Source of the DNA: Enoplolaimus lenunculus
Taxonomy: Eukaryota
Length of the DNA: 64,000 nt
Direction of reading: 5' to 3'
NCBI GenBank assembly: GCA_030248215.1
Contig: JASANG010003130.1
Coordinates: forward strand, 248,001-312,000
Shown here: in pieces, positions 27,901-42,900 of the stretch
Layout: each line of letters opens with the position of its first letter
How positions within the stretch are numbered: the first letter of the stretch is position 1
Translations under genes and position numbers: made by a program
The notes under the pieces: model-generated
Told to the model about the DNA's origin: nothing
The model's database searches: none
The model's input: the letters and a program-made list of their open reading frames with translations, nothing else

Positions 27901-30900
27901 GGAGTTTCGCTTCGCTCAATTAATACTACAGAATTAAAACAGAAATGCGCTTACTGTAAGCATCAACTGGGAGATAAGTTCTACTACTACAATGCGAGGT
28001 TTGCGCACAATAACTAGGTTTACATTGTATTAATGGTAAAACTTTAACAATCTGCAGGCCTACATAACACAACCGTAAATATAATACGAACACGCAAATT
28101 GTTGAATATGACAAGGTAAGCCGAATACAGATATAAACGATCAACAAATAGATATCGGTTCAAAGATTCATGTAAAGATCAGGGGCGGAACGTTTTTCAG
28201 CGTGACTGCAATACAATAAACTTTTAAGCTTTTGACTAATTTTTTATGCCTACGCTTAGGCTTAAGTATAAGATCGTTCTTACGCGTAGGTTTAGGCTTA
28301 GAAATATAATTATGTACTTAGGCTACTGTTGCCGCACTGTTCTATACATTGGCCGGCTAAAGCATTAATATTTCGCAAACCTATCAAGCAAGAGCGTTTA
28401 AGACAATTCTGTGTTCTGCTGGGGTTCAAAATTGCTATTAAAATTGTTTGTATTGAGCAAAACACGTCGATGCTGCACTCAAACTTGTAAACCAGAATTT
28501 CAAATCTTGTACGTCTTAGCTAAGTCCATACAAATAATGAACATGAAGCATATATCTGGTATTTTCAAGCTGTACTTGACATAACTGGTTCTTCCATGAA
28601 ATGTCATATTAAAATAACTTTGGTTCATAAATTTTAACCCCTTCTCACATTGAGTTGCCTATAGGCAACTCAGCGCAGTGTATATACGTTAAATAATATA
28701 TATCGCACCGTGTTGAACAATTGCAAAACGTATACATAGTACTAAAAAAATCACCACAAGACGTGAGAGCCCCCTCGGGCTCGAGCGTCAAGCTCCCATA
28801 GCTGAGTGGTGATGGTATACGCCTCCCACTCCAGTCACTGGAGTTCGAATCCAAGCATAAAAGTAGGTCTCAGGGAAAATAGAAAATATTCATGTGAGAA
28901 AGGGTTAAGCTGTCTGGAAGCACAATATATACATCGTGACAAAGCGCTTGGTTGTTCCCGGTGCAACTAGAAAATATTAACTATTCTGTAACTTAAAATA
29001 TTACAACAATAACAATAAATTTACATCTCCAACACCAGCAGACGCGTTGATTATCGTTTGTAACGGGTCTCCTGTTACTGGATCGCAAGAAAATAGTACA
29101 CCTAAAAGACAAAAAAATATTACGAATTTCTATGTATCCAATAATAATCTTGCTGAGTAACAAGATGAAAAAGCAATTTATAGCTAAAACATCAACAGTA
29201 AGCACGCTAAAGGTGCTCGACAATTAAAATAATTAGACATCGCTCAATTATTCAAATGTTCAGTCGTGAAAAATTACTATGCAGTTTTCTGTTTGTTTTT
29301 TTAGTACTAAAGAAATTTAACTAAAAATCAGGGTTCCATCGGAATTCCGATCCGGCTAAAATTCCGGCAAAATTTGACTTCCGATTCCGATTCCGGCTGA
29401 CTCCTGTTCCGATGCCGAAATTCTGATTTTTCGGTTATGAGTTTTTAAGATGATTGAAGTTAGATTTTGCTTGTTTCGTTTTGTATCGTTCATTTGCAAT
29501 GATTCTGTTGGGTTTTTTTGTAAATATTCCGAGTTGTTACATGTATTCCGTCAGCTATATAAACAATTTTTACTGAAACTGTTAACAGTAACGGAAACAG
29601 GCATACCGCAGCAAAAGTTAAAAGTCATACACCTTTAACTTTTTAATAGAATTTTCGATTCCGATTCCGGTTCCGACAGAAAAATTTGATTCCGATTCCG
29701 ATTCCGCTTCCGACAAAATCTAGTTCCGGTTGGAACCCTGCTAAAAATACTAACGGTTCATAAATAGCCATCTTTTAGTGTTCATTTACCCAAACAGACT
29801 TAATTTACGAATAGAACATTAAAATACTTGATACGGCCATCATGTTTGTAATCTGTAGCATCCGGTCGACATATATTGTCGATGAAAAAAGTAGTTGGAG
29901 AAGCGAGCTACGTGTTGCAGTGGTAAAGCATTTGCTTAAGGATCCGCAGGTTTGCAGTTCGATCCTCGATCTGTAATCCCGGCTTTCCAGCTGCATAGTT
30001 AAAAAGGGCTGAATTCCCGGTTCCTAAATAGGCTGACAACGTTTAATATTAAGTAGAAAATTTCACTCACCAGCACACAATGGGTCGATCATCAACTGAA
30101 CAACAACCGCCATCGGTTCAACAAGCGGTTGTCCGTGCTGCCTGAAATCAGTGAATCAAAACATTCTTGTCTGAACAAAATCGTTGTAGATAAGAGCGCA
30201 CAAATCACACATTTCTTTGCGGTTTCGTCGCAATTTGTGTTAACACCTTTTTCAGAAAGCTGTCAACATCTTGTTACAAGCCAAAAAATATAACCTCTAT
30301 GGAGACGCGAAGAATGTGAGCGCCATTCGAACAGCCACAAATATTTTTCAACTTAACAGCACCGTTTCGCGAGTGTAATACTTATTTTTCACTCTTACAG
30401 TAACGACAGTTTAAAAATTCAAGTTTTTCTACTTTATCTGGTTTCAAGTTTCTTATGAAAATTTTATGCAGGTAAAAATCACAAATTTTACCCGCGCTTT
30501 GAATTTCTTTACCCACTGGTATACCGGCGCCAAAATTTACTCGCGGGTACCCGCGAGTAGCGTACAGCTCTGCAACTACTTTGTTCATAATTTTTTAGGA
30601 AGTTGTTTAATTGGCTATTACAACAAACATCCCTCCCTTGAAATTTTGATTTTCCAGATCCTCGGCTGCGATCTTGGCTTGTCACTGTGAAATGTTTCAT
30701 CAAACAATGAATTACTCTTGTTTATTTGCATGGACGGAAAGTTTTATGAGAAAATAATCATAAAGAGTGTTTCTGTACATAAGTTGACAGTCATTGCTAC
30801 GTCTTGCCTTCATAATTATCTAATTTAGCTCTAATACATTACGGTATCACGACAATTCGATGCCCGGCTACTTGTCGCCTCCTAGACTCGACAATTCGTC

Positions 30901-33900
30901 GCCCATCGTTTGTTTAGGCTTAGGTGTAACCTTAGGATTACGCTTAGTGTTATGCTTAGATGTATTAATAGGCTTTACGACACTGTTGGGCAACCAGTTG
31001 TTGGCCGACGAATTGTCGAAGATTAACACAACACTTCTTTCTGTGACTTTTGTTTACGGGTATCAGAAACTTTTCACAGTTGGTAAACACAAGAATTCCG
31101 TTCGAAATTTTAATGGAACGTAAATCTGTTTTGTGAAATATTGTCAACGTCCCTGAGGTACTATGAACATACCTTTTGTATTGTACGATCGGTTTTGAAT
31201 ACTGCGATGCCCAACACATCACGATGGCGGTCGGAACCTAAAATAAAACCGAATTAATGTGAGAAACATAAAACGGGATCTTGAAGTTGCCTGCAACTCA
31301 GCTGAATATTATTGTTTTCGCAATTTCCAAAAACATTTTTCGTCAAATATTTCGGAGAATAATCAACATATTTTTGTTTAGCCTTTTCTTGTACCCAACT
31401 GGTCAAATTTCCATTATTAACGCCGACTATTTTCAAAACCGCAACGTGCTTCCAGTGTATGACTTTTGCATGCTTTCTCCACCACAAGCTTAACCTAATC
31501 CCTAAACCAAAGGCAAAGCCTAAACCAAAGCCTGAGTTATGCCAAAATGTGAAAGTTTCAAAAATAGGAGGGTTTTATGTGTACAAAAATATCGATTGGT
31601 CACAGCGTCGAGGTGTTGTGCTAAATTTTCTCAAATGAAAGTTTACGATACTCAAATCATTACAGCAACAAACTTCTCAATACACAAGTGTTTAAGGGGG
31701 GGGTCGACCGAGGACATTGAATACCAATTCTGAGCACATTTTCGTTTTCTCAGAACTTAATTTCTGTAGTAATAGCTATAACGAAGGGATAAATACGTGC
31801 AATTGCTTAAACATTTTGTGCCCGCTGGATTGGATACACAACGCGTGTTACATTTTAGCCCGGGCCCCCCCTTGATTCGATGGGGGTGTCACACTCAATA
31901 CGTATAGATTTGCGAAAAAAATCCATGAATTGCTCAACAATATAGCGAAGCCTAATTTTTCTTATTGATTTTCGTCAATTCAGCAAACTTCAACCACCTA
32001 AATAAGAAGAGGGTATGCCGAAAACGCAACGAACGCTTGGTACATTAGTGTGTACATAAAATGTACCCAGTTGCCCACTCTTAACAGCGGTTATCCACAC
32101 TTACTGTTATTAATTTGGGAAATTTCGTTCACATTCAGCGCTAAAGTTCTAAACCAGTCAACATATTTCGAACGAATACGGTAAAAATAACAATGTCGGT
32201 ATAAAGACCAACTGGTACTATGGAATTATATAAATTTACGCACAATCCAGGAAATCATAAAATCATTACAATATTTATTCCGTTTAACAATGCTAAAATG
32301 TTACATTTTTGACAAAAATTATTGTTTAATATTAAAATTAATCCATGCTTTGACTTACTTGTTCAACAGGTTGATTGAGATACGTTTCCATTTGCCCCGC
32401 TGTCGATAGATCGGAAGAATCTTCTCCTTGAAGGTAAAACTGATAATTTAAACACAAATTTTCTACCAAAACCAAAACGCCAAGATATGAATATGCTCTC
32501 TACAAACATAAACTTAAATTTATAGCTTATCTAAACTTGATTATTAGTTTGAGCAAAACCTAAACCACTGGACGGAACAACTAAATTAGAATCGTAAGTT
32601 TAGCTTGGACAAATATATTTTTAAGTTTAACACGAGTTTAAGTTAAGCCTATTTTGGTTTAACTAACACGTGCAGCCTAGAAAGTATGAGTATCTAACAA
32701 TTTACTTCGTTTAGCTTAAGCTAAAAATATGTAAGATTTTGAATGTGTTTAACCGTAAATCTAACATCGATAAAATTTCTGATTATAAAATTGTCTTTCG
32801 ACGAGTTGTCAGGCGACGAATTGTCATGATAATGTCTGATAGAAGTTTCCGATCAAACCACACTCTATGTTCCTAAATCAATTACAACGTCCAAAAAATG
32901 AGCAATTAGTTCGTGATACGCTTACCAGCCGAAGATGACCTCACTGCAAAACGCACGTTCGAATGCAACTTTAAAGCATGTAAGTGATCGGCGATGTCCA
33001 CACTTAGCGTCCAATCGGTCACTGAAGCTGACAGAAAAGCATCGCGAATTCTAAAATTACATTGAAAATTACTTAATTTAAATGTTTTCACTTAAAACCG
33101 TCTGAAGCAAATAAATTAAATCTTGCATTCACCGCGAAACAATTAACCAGAATGTTACTGGTAACTGTCAGAACTGCACGGTCGGAACGACCTCTTCCTC
33201 CGAAGTACTGCGAATATATTTGATTTTTATTCTAAATTTCTCCGAAAGATATCGCCACGCCGCGAATCGAACCTCGGACCTCTCGCTCGCGAATCAAGCG
33301 CGCTATCCATTACACCACGCGGCCCATATCCTACTTTCCTCTGGTGGTATATTTGCACGAGTATGTATATGTCTTAACATTACACACTTTGCACATACAC
33401 AAGCCGCGTATACTCACAGTAACTAGAGGACCACTGGAATTACATTTTACCGAAACTGGAAATTGAAAAATAGCCGGAAACAGAACCGGAAAGTTAAAAA
33501 TACATGTGGACGAAAAATTCATTTTGATTTTCTTTTTTTGCTATATTGTTGGTGAAATAACCTCAGTTGAAGGTCTATTTACTTAATCGGCTGTATTTTG
33601 GATTTTCGTTATCCACGGAAGCGAAATATACCATCGATGTATTATTTTCGGTGAATGGCAAGGTTTATTTTATATAATATACTAACGAAATCTATTTTAT
33701 TTTTATCGTCATTTTTTAGGAAAATGCTTAATTTCCACCGACCAAAACTTAACACCGGTAATTATAATTCCGGTAAAAATTCACCGGAACCGGAAGCTGA
33801 AGAAATGCCGAAAACGGAAGTCCGGTTGCACACTGCTGGTAAGTGGTAACCAATAAAAATACGATTTTTGAAATTCAGCTCAGAAATTTGTAAAACAGCA

Positions 33901-36900
33901 ATTTTTTTAGTATTAATCACGCTCTTTGTTTATATTCTGAATATGTGTAGCATCTAATTTTTGAACGAATTCTGAATTTCAACAATTACCACATTAATAT
34001 TAACTGAAAATATATGCTATACACGGTTGAAAATACGGCAGCGTACTTTAAGCAATGCTGAAGTATTATTGCATCATCCATGCTAAAACAAAAAGAAACA
34101 CTAAATTTGAGGACTGGCACTGTTTTATTCTGAATTAACATAGATTCGTTAACTATCCGCAAGCAAACCTATTTCCACCAGTTTCTGACTAGTTTTTCAA
34201 ACTGTTGCTTCATAAACAATAATGGCTGGGTCTCTAAAATCTTTCTAAAGTAATTGCTTAAGTTATACTTAAGTAATTTAAGTCACCAATTTAGTATTTT
34301 AATTTTGAAGTAAAAACAAACAAACGCCAAAAGTGAGCCATTGCCAGAACAAGTAATAGTTTCCCTTTATATTAATGATGCACCATGAGTATGAGTCTAC
34401 AATTTCAATTAGACCAAGGTTAGTATGCCTAAACTGTTAAGCTGTAACATATCAAACTTAATCTGCGACTAAGTATTTACTTAACTTAAGTACGCATTTA
34501 AAATGACAAATTGGTTAAATAATTACTTAGCACGTTGTTAAGTACTAAATTGCACTTAAATAGGGTTTTAGAACTCCGCCAATATTGACCAAGTTTTTTT
34601 GGCATAAACGAGAATTTATCTGCACCAGAACATTATCAGAGTAAATTTGACTTACGTTTTCAACACTTCATTTATTTGTGACAACAGTTGCTCAATTTTC
34701 GGTTGTTCCTAAAGGAACAGTTATTGTTGACTTTTAATCCCTATTCACATGTGCATATTTAGGAACGGAATATTTGCAGCTGCAACTTACACGTGCAAGT
34801 TTTGTACAATAACCCTTTAACAAAGTATGCATCTTCAAGTTTAATGGTGCAAAGTTCTAAATGCCAAAATTTGCAAGTGTGAATAGGGCTCAAAATCAAG
34901 CATTTTTCACAACTTAAAATGACTTCTAAACTATTTCCATTTTACGCTAGAAGAGGAGGTTGTTAGCGAATTCATAAAAACCTGTATACAAAATTTCTAA
35001 TTCTAGAACAATCCCGTCTATGTGCTATACGGCTATGAAACTATAGCAATCAAAGTATGCTGAAAACCTGCTCAAAATACGTATGTAAGTTTTCCAGCTT
35101 TAATTATATAGATTATATATTTTAAATGTGAAATGTAACAGAATGTAAGTACATATACTTTCAAAATATAGATAATAGTACGTCAAAAAACCCAATATAG
35201 TCAAGTAAAACATCGAAATTCACAGTAACAACGCTGATATCAGCGCGCAATTCTAAGTTGCATATTACCGGTGTGGATTACCTGAATAAATTTCTTATGA
35301 GCAGCTGTTGTAATCACGAATCCATTTGGAACCTAAAAACAAGCATATTTTGACTAATTATTTTTCAACAACCAATTACCCTTCAGAACACAGATTTTAA
35401 GTTATTCTAAACGCAATTGACATTTTCTCCGCAAGAATAGTGGTTTGAAGTACAATTTTTAATAAACTACAAATGCGGCAAATTTCGCAATTTTTTACTC
35501 AATATATCTGCGATTACAGAAAATTGTTTTGAGACCATAAAACGATGCGGCTGTCTCTTTATATGTGCCTACCGGTGAAAATTTTTGATGACCGAAGCTA
35601 TCTCTCGTGAGCCTCGGTCGGCTTATCCAGTCACCATTCATCGAGGCCTCTGTGTCGTTTCCCGGGACTCTTGTGCCGTTTTCCGATGCTCTCTTCACGA
35701 TAAAAGTAATCCAATATTTATTTAAGTAGAAGAAAATTCGTGCTCAGCTGGATGCGTTGTAAAGTATCTGGAGACATTGAACAGAAATTCGTCTACCATT
35801 TCTCGAGTGTGCCGGAATATTCGTTAAGCCAATCAGAGTGAAGTTCCCCAGAATGGGAACAAGATTTCCCGTTACGGTGTATGAATCGGTGCTATTGCTA
35901 ACCAGGGCACTGTATACTATTGATTAAAGTTAATCTGTCTTAGTTTAAAAGCTTTGTCAATCATGTATATCAAACTGGTCCGTATTCAACTCACGTTAAC
36001 CTGGCCAGTACTGAGCAGTTTCGCCAAATTCGCACCTTTTCCGCCACAAACGCTAGAATCCATAGATTGGGATGCATTAAGCTGTAGAATATTGCGCGGT
36101 TGCCCGAAGTCTGTGCAAAAAATATTTATTCAGCATCCAAAAAAGTTTGAAGGTTACTGAACTAAACGAAAATATATTTGAAGTCCTACTAGTAATTCTG
36201 CAATAGTCATTAAACGTACAGCTAGGAGCCAGATAACTGAAGCTTACTCGTTCTTTAACAATACCACGTTAATGAAACTGGAGAAAACGTCAATGTTTTA
36301 GCACTCTTGTGCAACCCTTAAATCAATAAGTTACACGTCAATCTGTTTATCAACAATTGCATTTCTGTAATTTTTAGACTTTGCATCAAACCAAATGTTG
36401 CAATAAAACGCTATTAAACATCCGCCAAATATATAACTTTGACTCTTAACCACTGCAATCACATTCTCAAACAAATGTAGCAGACATTTCACCATATGGT
36501 ATTGATTAATTTACAAACTGGCAAACTTATATAGTCAAATAGTACGGAGGATTTCAATGCTAAATATTCCGACGTTCTCAATATAGCAGATGTTACATAT
36601 TTGAGCAAACGAGCCCTCGATATGAGCCCATTCTATGCAAAGACTATTAATATCCAAAACATTTTCAACTCTTCACTGAATATTTTTCAAAATAGTCAGT
36701 GAGCATTTCGGTTTTTTCAAATTCTGTATATATTTTTCGTACCTTCAATAATGTGTCTTGCTCTATAACTTGATCTTGGCATGTACATATATGATATATG
36801 TCGTAGTCCAAGTCGTAATTTAGCCCAATAGAACAAATCTACATATTAACGAAATACCTGTGCTCCTATTCTTCATATCATTGTTCGATTTGTTAATATT

Positions 36901-39900
36901 CAACTGAATCGCGTGATATTTTCTAGGCAACGTTACATTGCTACTGAGCATAAACCCGACGCCAGCTTCGTTTGAGTTAAGCGCAAACGAAGCCAACTGA
37001 ACGCAAATATTATTTTCATTCGATTCTGATTGACCTGAGCGATTACAATCCAACTTTTTCAGTACGACATCGTGAGTTTTGACTCCTAAAATTGTAATTT
37101 GAGCCAGCTAAAACAATTTTTGGTATAATTATTTGATATATTTTTTAACATAATCTAGTACTTAGACTAGTTTTAAGTTTTTACAGAATGGCACATGTGT
37201 GACTATTTCGTTTCGCGGTAGGTATGTTACTATGATTAGTACTTTCTCGTCGGTATCAGAACTGAACATGTAACCCCAAACAGCGGAAACGTATTGTAGT
37301 TTGCAGCAAAAGTGTGCGTAAGGTTGGCTTTACGCATTGCCGTCGAATGGTGTGTACTTTGTCCAATTTTTTGACACAAATTTTTTTGAGTCCCGCGGTG
37401 TGTTGAATGGATGATCAAAGCATATCCTAGCGTTTAAAAACCGAAAATCTTTAAATACATTGCCGCTAAAATCAAAAGATGGATCTAAACTAAAGTGTAC
37501 ATTACGCGCGAACCATTATCTGTGACATTCAGAATACAACCGGAGGTGTGCCGCCGGTTTCGGCAGACAATCGACCTCCGGCTCCGGCTTCGATATAATT
37601 TTTGCTGAAGGTTCCGGCGATTTCGGTAGTAAAATTTTGCATAGTTTGACAGAATTTATCTGTTTGGCGCGTTTCGTTTTATCTTGTGGTACAATTTTGA
37701 GGAAAAAATTGCCAAGATTTCGTGAAAAATAAGCGTACCCATTACTGGAATTTGCTAGAACTAACAAATTAAACATTATTTTAATAGTTTAGCTGCCTAA
37801 TTTTGCCTTACCTCCAGTTTCACTTCCGGTTCCGACAAACTTTGTTGACCTCCGGCTCCGGCTTCAGTATTTTTCACATCCGGTTGAATCTCTGAACCTT
37901 TTAAAATTATTAAATTTGGTTTTCGTATTCTCAACTGGCGCTAGCACCTGCCATCGGCTGGTTATATTACTCATAACGTAGAAACCAGCGAATCAAACTT
38001 TCTGAAATTAGAGCAGTTATCCTTTATCCGGTTCAGTGCAACTGCGCAAAACTTTTTCAGTTTGTACCAGTTCACTTGTTTGAAAACTTATCGCTAACTG
38101 ACGACAGACGGTTGATTTACCATCACAAAATTGAAACGAGTGAAAATTCGAACCATTGAACAGTAGCTTGAGTTCTGAGCTCGACGTAATTGGCAACACT
38201 TGTCGTGACGGTTTAGTAAGAAATCCATACGGAATCCTAAAATAATTCAAAGAATGAACAATTTAGTTTATCCCACGCTGCTGTTCCGGTAGAAAATTAT
38301 TTTTTATTTTTCAGATTCGTAACAAATTATTGTTCGACGTCGACATTTATTATAGTCAGCGCGCAACCGCAATTCCGGTTCCGGCATTTTTTCACCTTCC
38401 GGTTTCGGTAAATTGTAGTTCGTTGCCTCTTCAATATAACGCAAAAATATTTATTTTTTAGTATGACAATGGCTCACGTTCGGCATTTATCCGCTTTTCT
38501 TCTAAAACTTAAAAATTTACTTAAATCGGCCAGTTAAGTAAATATATAATCAAGTATAAATTAAGTATATAACTTATGTAGATTTCAGCAAACCAGCCAA
38601 TATAGCAGAACTTTTTTTTCGAGCATAATACAAATTGTTATTTTCAACCTAACAAATGCGACAATTGAAGCTTTCAAATGCCATAAGGTGAATTAGATTA
38701 AAAAAAATTATACAAACTGTGTACCATCGCTGGCTATTTAAAAGTATGACATTTCTCAAGTACGCAGTGATTGTTTGCTGTCTGTTATATATTTTGCACA
38801 GAAATTACATACCGCAATTTGGTTTCTTTGAAATACTTCGAACCAAGATGCAACATTTTTCCTTCCTAAAATAACGTAATTTCAACAGTGCAACTAAGCA
38901 GTAGGTTTTTCTACATTTCGCCCTCTTCCACAGGCTTAGGCTTAGCCATACGTATGGGATACGAATAACCTGAAACGTAAGAATAAACCTTTGTCCAAGA
39001 ATTTACCTAAGCCTAAACCTGAGCGTATGTGTAAATTTTAAATGTAGGGGAAAGTAGCCAAGAGACAGCTGCTGTATCCTGCGATTTTTTGCACTGACTG
39101 CAAGCCCGACGCCAGCTCACCTTGCATGAGTTGGCTGGAAAATTTTTAGGAGGGTCATACAAGTGTTTGCGATGATTCGCTAGCAATTTTGAAATACTTC
39201 CAGAGGGGGACAAAATTTTTCAAGGGGAAGGGGGTTAAACCGTTCTGGCATCCCTCTGACTACCGCCTCGCTTGACTATATGCAAATCCAGCCAGACTAA
39301 TAGCTAGCTCAACAAGGTAGGAACAGAGTCAAAAAAATTCAGAAGGGGCATGTGATGATTTCACATGAGCGACACTTTTCTAGTTGGGAGGGCACAGTTG
39401 TGTGAGAACTATGAGCCTTCCTGCTTCATGCAATCATTCTGAAATTTAGCATCCAGCTTTTCAAATAATCAGTACTCTTGCGCTATGTTATCAAACTAAT
39501 TTTCGCCTACGAATATGGTATTTATTTTTGTATTTTAATACTAAACCTAAAATCAAGCCAATCTCAGCTTTAGAAGAATGATATTGTGTGAGATAATTTT
39601 CTCATGATAATACAATAATTTATACTTTTATAGTCTTGATCCTTAACCAACGCTGCATATTGCACCTTTTACTAAATAAGTCTCATCATTTCATTTGATA
39701 ATCATGGACCTTACGTTAGTGTACATACATATCGTTCGAAATTCAGGCAGCTCACTCGAATCTGAAATAAACACGGAAATACAGCGATTTTTAATCAACA
39801 CAATTTCATTACGTAAAACCAGCCGAGGTTATTGGCCGAAAAAATGAAAAATGTTTCCTTTTTACATTTTTTACAAGGGGAGTTGAGGTTGAAAAATGGA

Positions 39901-42900
39901 ATTGTGTACGTATAAGCTTCAATTTCTCAAAATTTGAAAGATTATAAACAAACGATGAAATATACATAAAAAGTTAATAGTTTTAAAAAAACTGCAACCA
40001 GGAATTGATAGTAGAGAAGGCAAATCAGATATATCGTGAGGCAAATAAAATTGTCGCACAATGTTTTCGGTGCCTTTAAAATTTAGGGTCGCAGGAAACG
40101 TGTACCTACGAAGTCGACGCTTCCATTCTCACGGCACTAAATTGCGGCCCTGTAATTTGAGCTGTTGCCAACAACGTTTCACTGACGTGTGGCGTTCAGG
40201 CCGACCGGTAAAAACTTACTGCAATCCTCAGACAACAAAGAAAAACTAGAAGATCAAGTTCGAAAAGGATCCTTTCGCATACCAACAAAACCTATACGCT
40301 AGCGGATCCAGAAGGCAAACGATGGCGAAAGCGTACGTCTGAGCAGAAAATTTTTTGTGATAAAATGGTCAGAAGCATACAATTTTAGCATACAGGAAAA
40401 ATTGCGTTTCATAACTTGCGCCAGCATCTTCGTCCAAACATTCTCGATCCGCACTGAGCATTATTTGCACTACTTTTGTCAGATTAGCAAAAATGCGCGT
40501 CCTAACCATTAGAAAGAAATCTACTCCTACAGTGACAACTTGTCTCAGATCACATAGCTACAGTATATTAATTTACATTTATAGCGTTGTCGAAGACCAT
40601 GAAGTAACACTACTTCATTTTCACCATGATCAACAGACACTTGCCCAATCAATTGACCCCATTGCTCGATGTGCATTTCAGACCTCCTAAGCAAAAAAAC
40701 CGAAAGTTAATTTCAAACTGTGGTGAGGCACAAGTTTACTATTCATCTAAGCTTAGAATTACAATTAGAATTATGCTTAGATTTATTCATAGGCTTTAGG
40801 ACTGTTTTGAGCGACAAGTTGTCGGGTGACGAATTGTCGAAGATCCGTAAAGAATATAACCATAGCAGTCACTAACGCCAACAAGTTGTGGTAAATTATT
40901 TTCAGTTAAACAACCATGTCTCCGCCCGGAACTAAAGGAAGTAAGCCAAAATAACATCATGCGTTGGGTACATTGTTTTCTATACAAAATGTACTCAGTG
41001 GCATACTCATATTTGTGCATTTATAATCCAGGCTTGGTGCAATTAATAGCTTAAAGTATTAAGAATTCAGCTATTAGGAAAAGTTTATCAAGTACCATTT
41101 CTCAAATACGGAAGCACATTCATTTTAATGACTAGCTGTTAGTTTTAAGCTTCACAAATCAATGATTTAGCTATAAAATCGTATTATTACAGAAATGTGT
41201 AATGTTAAGTGAGCATGATTGTAACTTACACAGTGCCGGCGAAACCACCGCCCCCCAAACCCCCTAATTGGGCGGCCGACCGTTGGGGGGCATCTTGGAA
41301 AACTAAACTTTTTTTCGCAGACCACGAAGTTCTAGAACTGTGAAACATTTAATTGGGGACCCATCGGATCTGTTTGGGGTGGGCTGACTATCCCAAATCC
41401 AGCCATGAACTTACATTATTTCCAACAAACTTTTCAAGTTTGTCATTGTTTCGCTAACTGAACTAGCAAGTTTTGATGTTTTGGTAACTGCTGCATTTGA
41501 TAAATACATCGGATCAGCAGCTGCTGGAACACAAATCGCGTTTGTAGTACTGGACCATCTAAAATTTTATTTCATAAGTATTATTTGCTAATACTTATGA
41601 CCACCAACATTGTGCGTGGTGCCAATTTTGACCCGTGCTTTAAAATATCATAGAATTATTAGTACCAGGGCCGGAGCAACCCCTCCCATATCCCCATTTG
41701 GAGGGGCCCCACCCTAACAAGTTTAAACAAAAACCGCCAAAGTTATAAAATGCGTCTGGCTTCTCGCTCGCATGGAGTTTGGAGGCAGCTCCCACGCCTG
41801 TCTGCTCCGGCAAGATCAGTACCCAGCTTTACCTACCTAACCGAATGTCTTCCCTCTGTGTTGCTGTATACGAATTCTAGAGCAAAAATGGGCAAAAATA
41901 ACATGATACACCAAAAAGTTTACGATATTAACGTATGCTTAACTACTTGATCGCCTCGAATGTTTTGCAGTAGAATATTTTCTCTGCGGAGGTACGAAAT
42001 ATGGATCCTCTAGAAATTTAATGACAAGTGCCGATTTTATAGATTTCAACGCGTTGAGTTCAGCGGTGGAATTTTTAAAACAGCCGGGCTCCTGGTTCTA
42101 AAGTTATGGCCGTTGCAACTTTAATTTTTTACAATATAAAACATGTACAACCGCCTGCCAAATTTGTACATAGTATCGGGCCTGGTAAAACTTATATTTT
42201 TCGAACATGTGAATTACAGATACTTCCTTTTTACATGTGGGTGTTTGCACAATTTCGAAGGCCGTAACTTTTGAGCCGTTGGTCATGCAACCATAAATGC
42301 AGCACCGCTAAACTCGCCTCGGCGAGATCTTACGAGTCCAGATTCCGTACTTCCGCCTATTTTTTCTACTAGAAGCGCAAACTGTATTGCTATATAAAAA
42401 TCACAGTTAAATCCAACAGCCAAGACAAAACAGCTGCTGTTCTTAAAAACCTAAATATTTATAATTGAGCACTTGCACCCTTTAACCCACGTTCGAAGTT
42501 AACACTCCAGCTTAGGCATTAGCGTTAGGTACAGCCTTAGGCAAAGGCTTAGGCTTTTCAATTGACGAATGCACTATTTATCACGTTACAATACGCTGTA
42601 CCTGAATGCAAATCGCACAAAAATCATATCGCAACCATTTGTATTAATTTTGCTCGTTTTCCTATAAATGATATTGCAATTAGAAACAAAAATATAATTC
42701 AATCCTCTTTTTTTTGATATTTTTGACCACGATGTTCAAGTGTGAATTTCACTAAATTTCCTGCCCCAGTTACTGCTGGATTTCATCAGATGCCTGGCAT
42801 GATTCTATAATTCTGGTTCACTTAGGGAAAGCTCTACTAAGTATATAAAATATATTACAGTAATTAAACGTGTCAATTAGGTATAGAGAATACTACTGGC

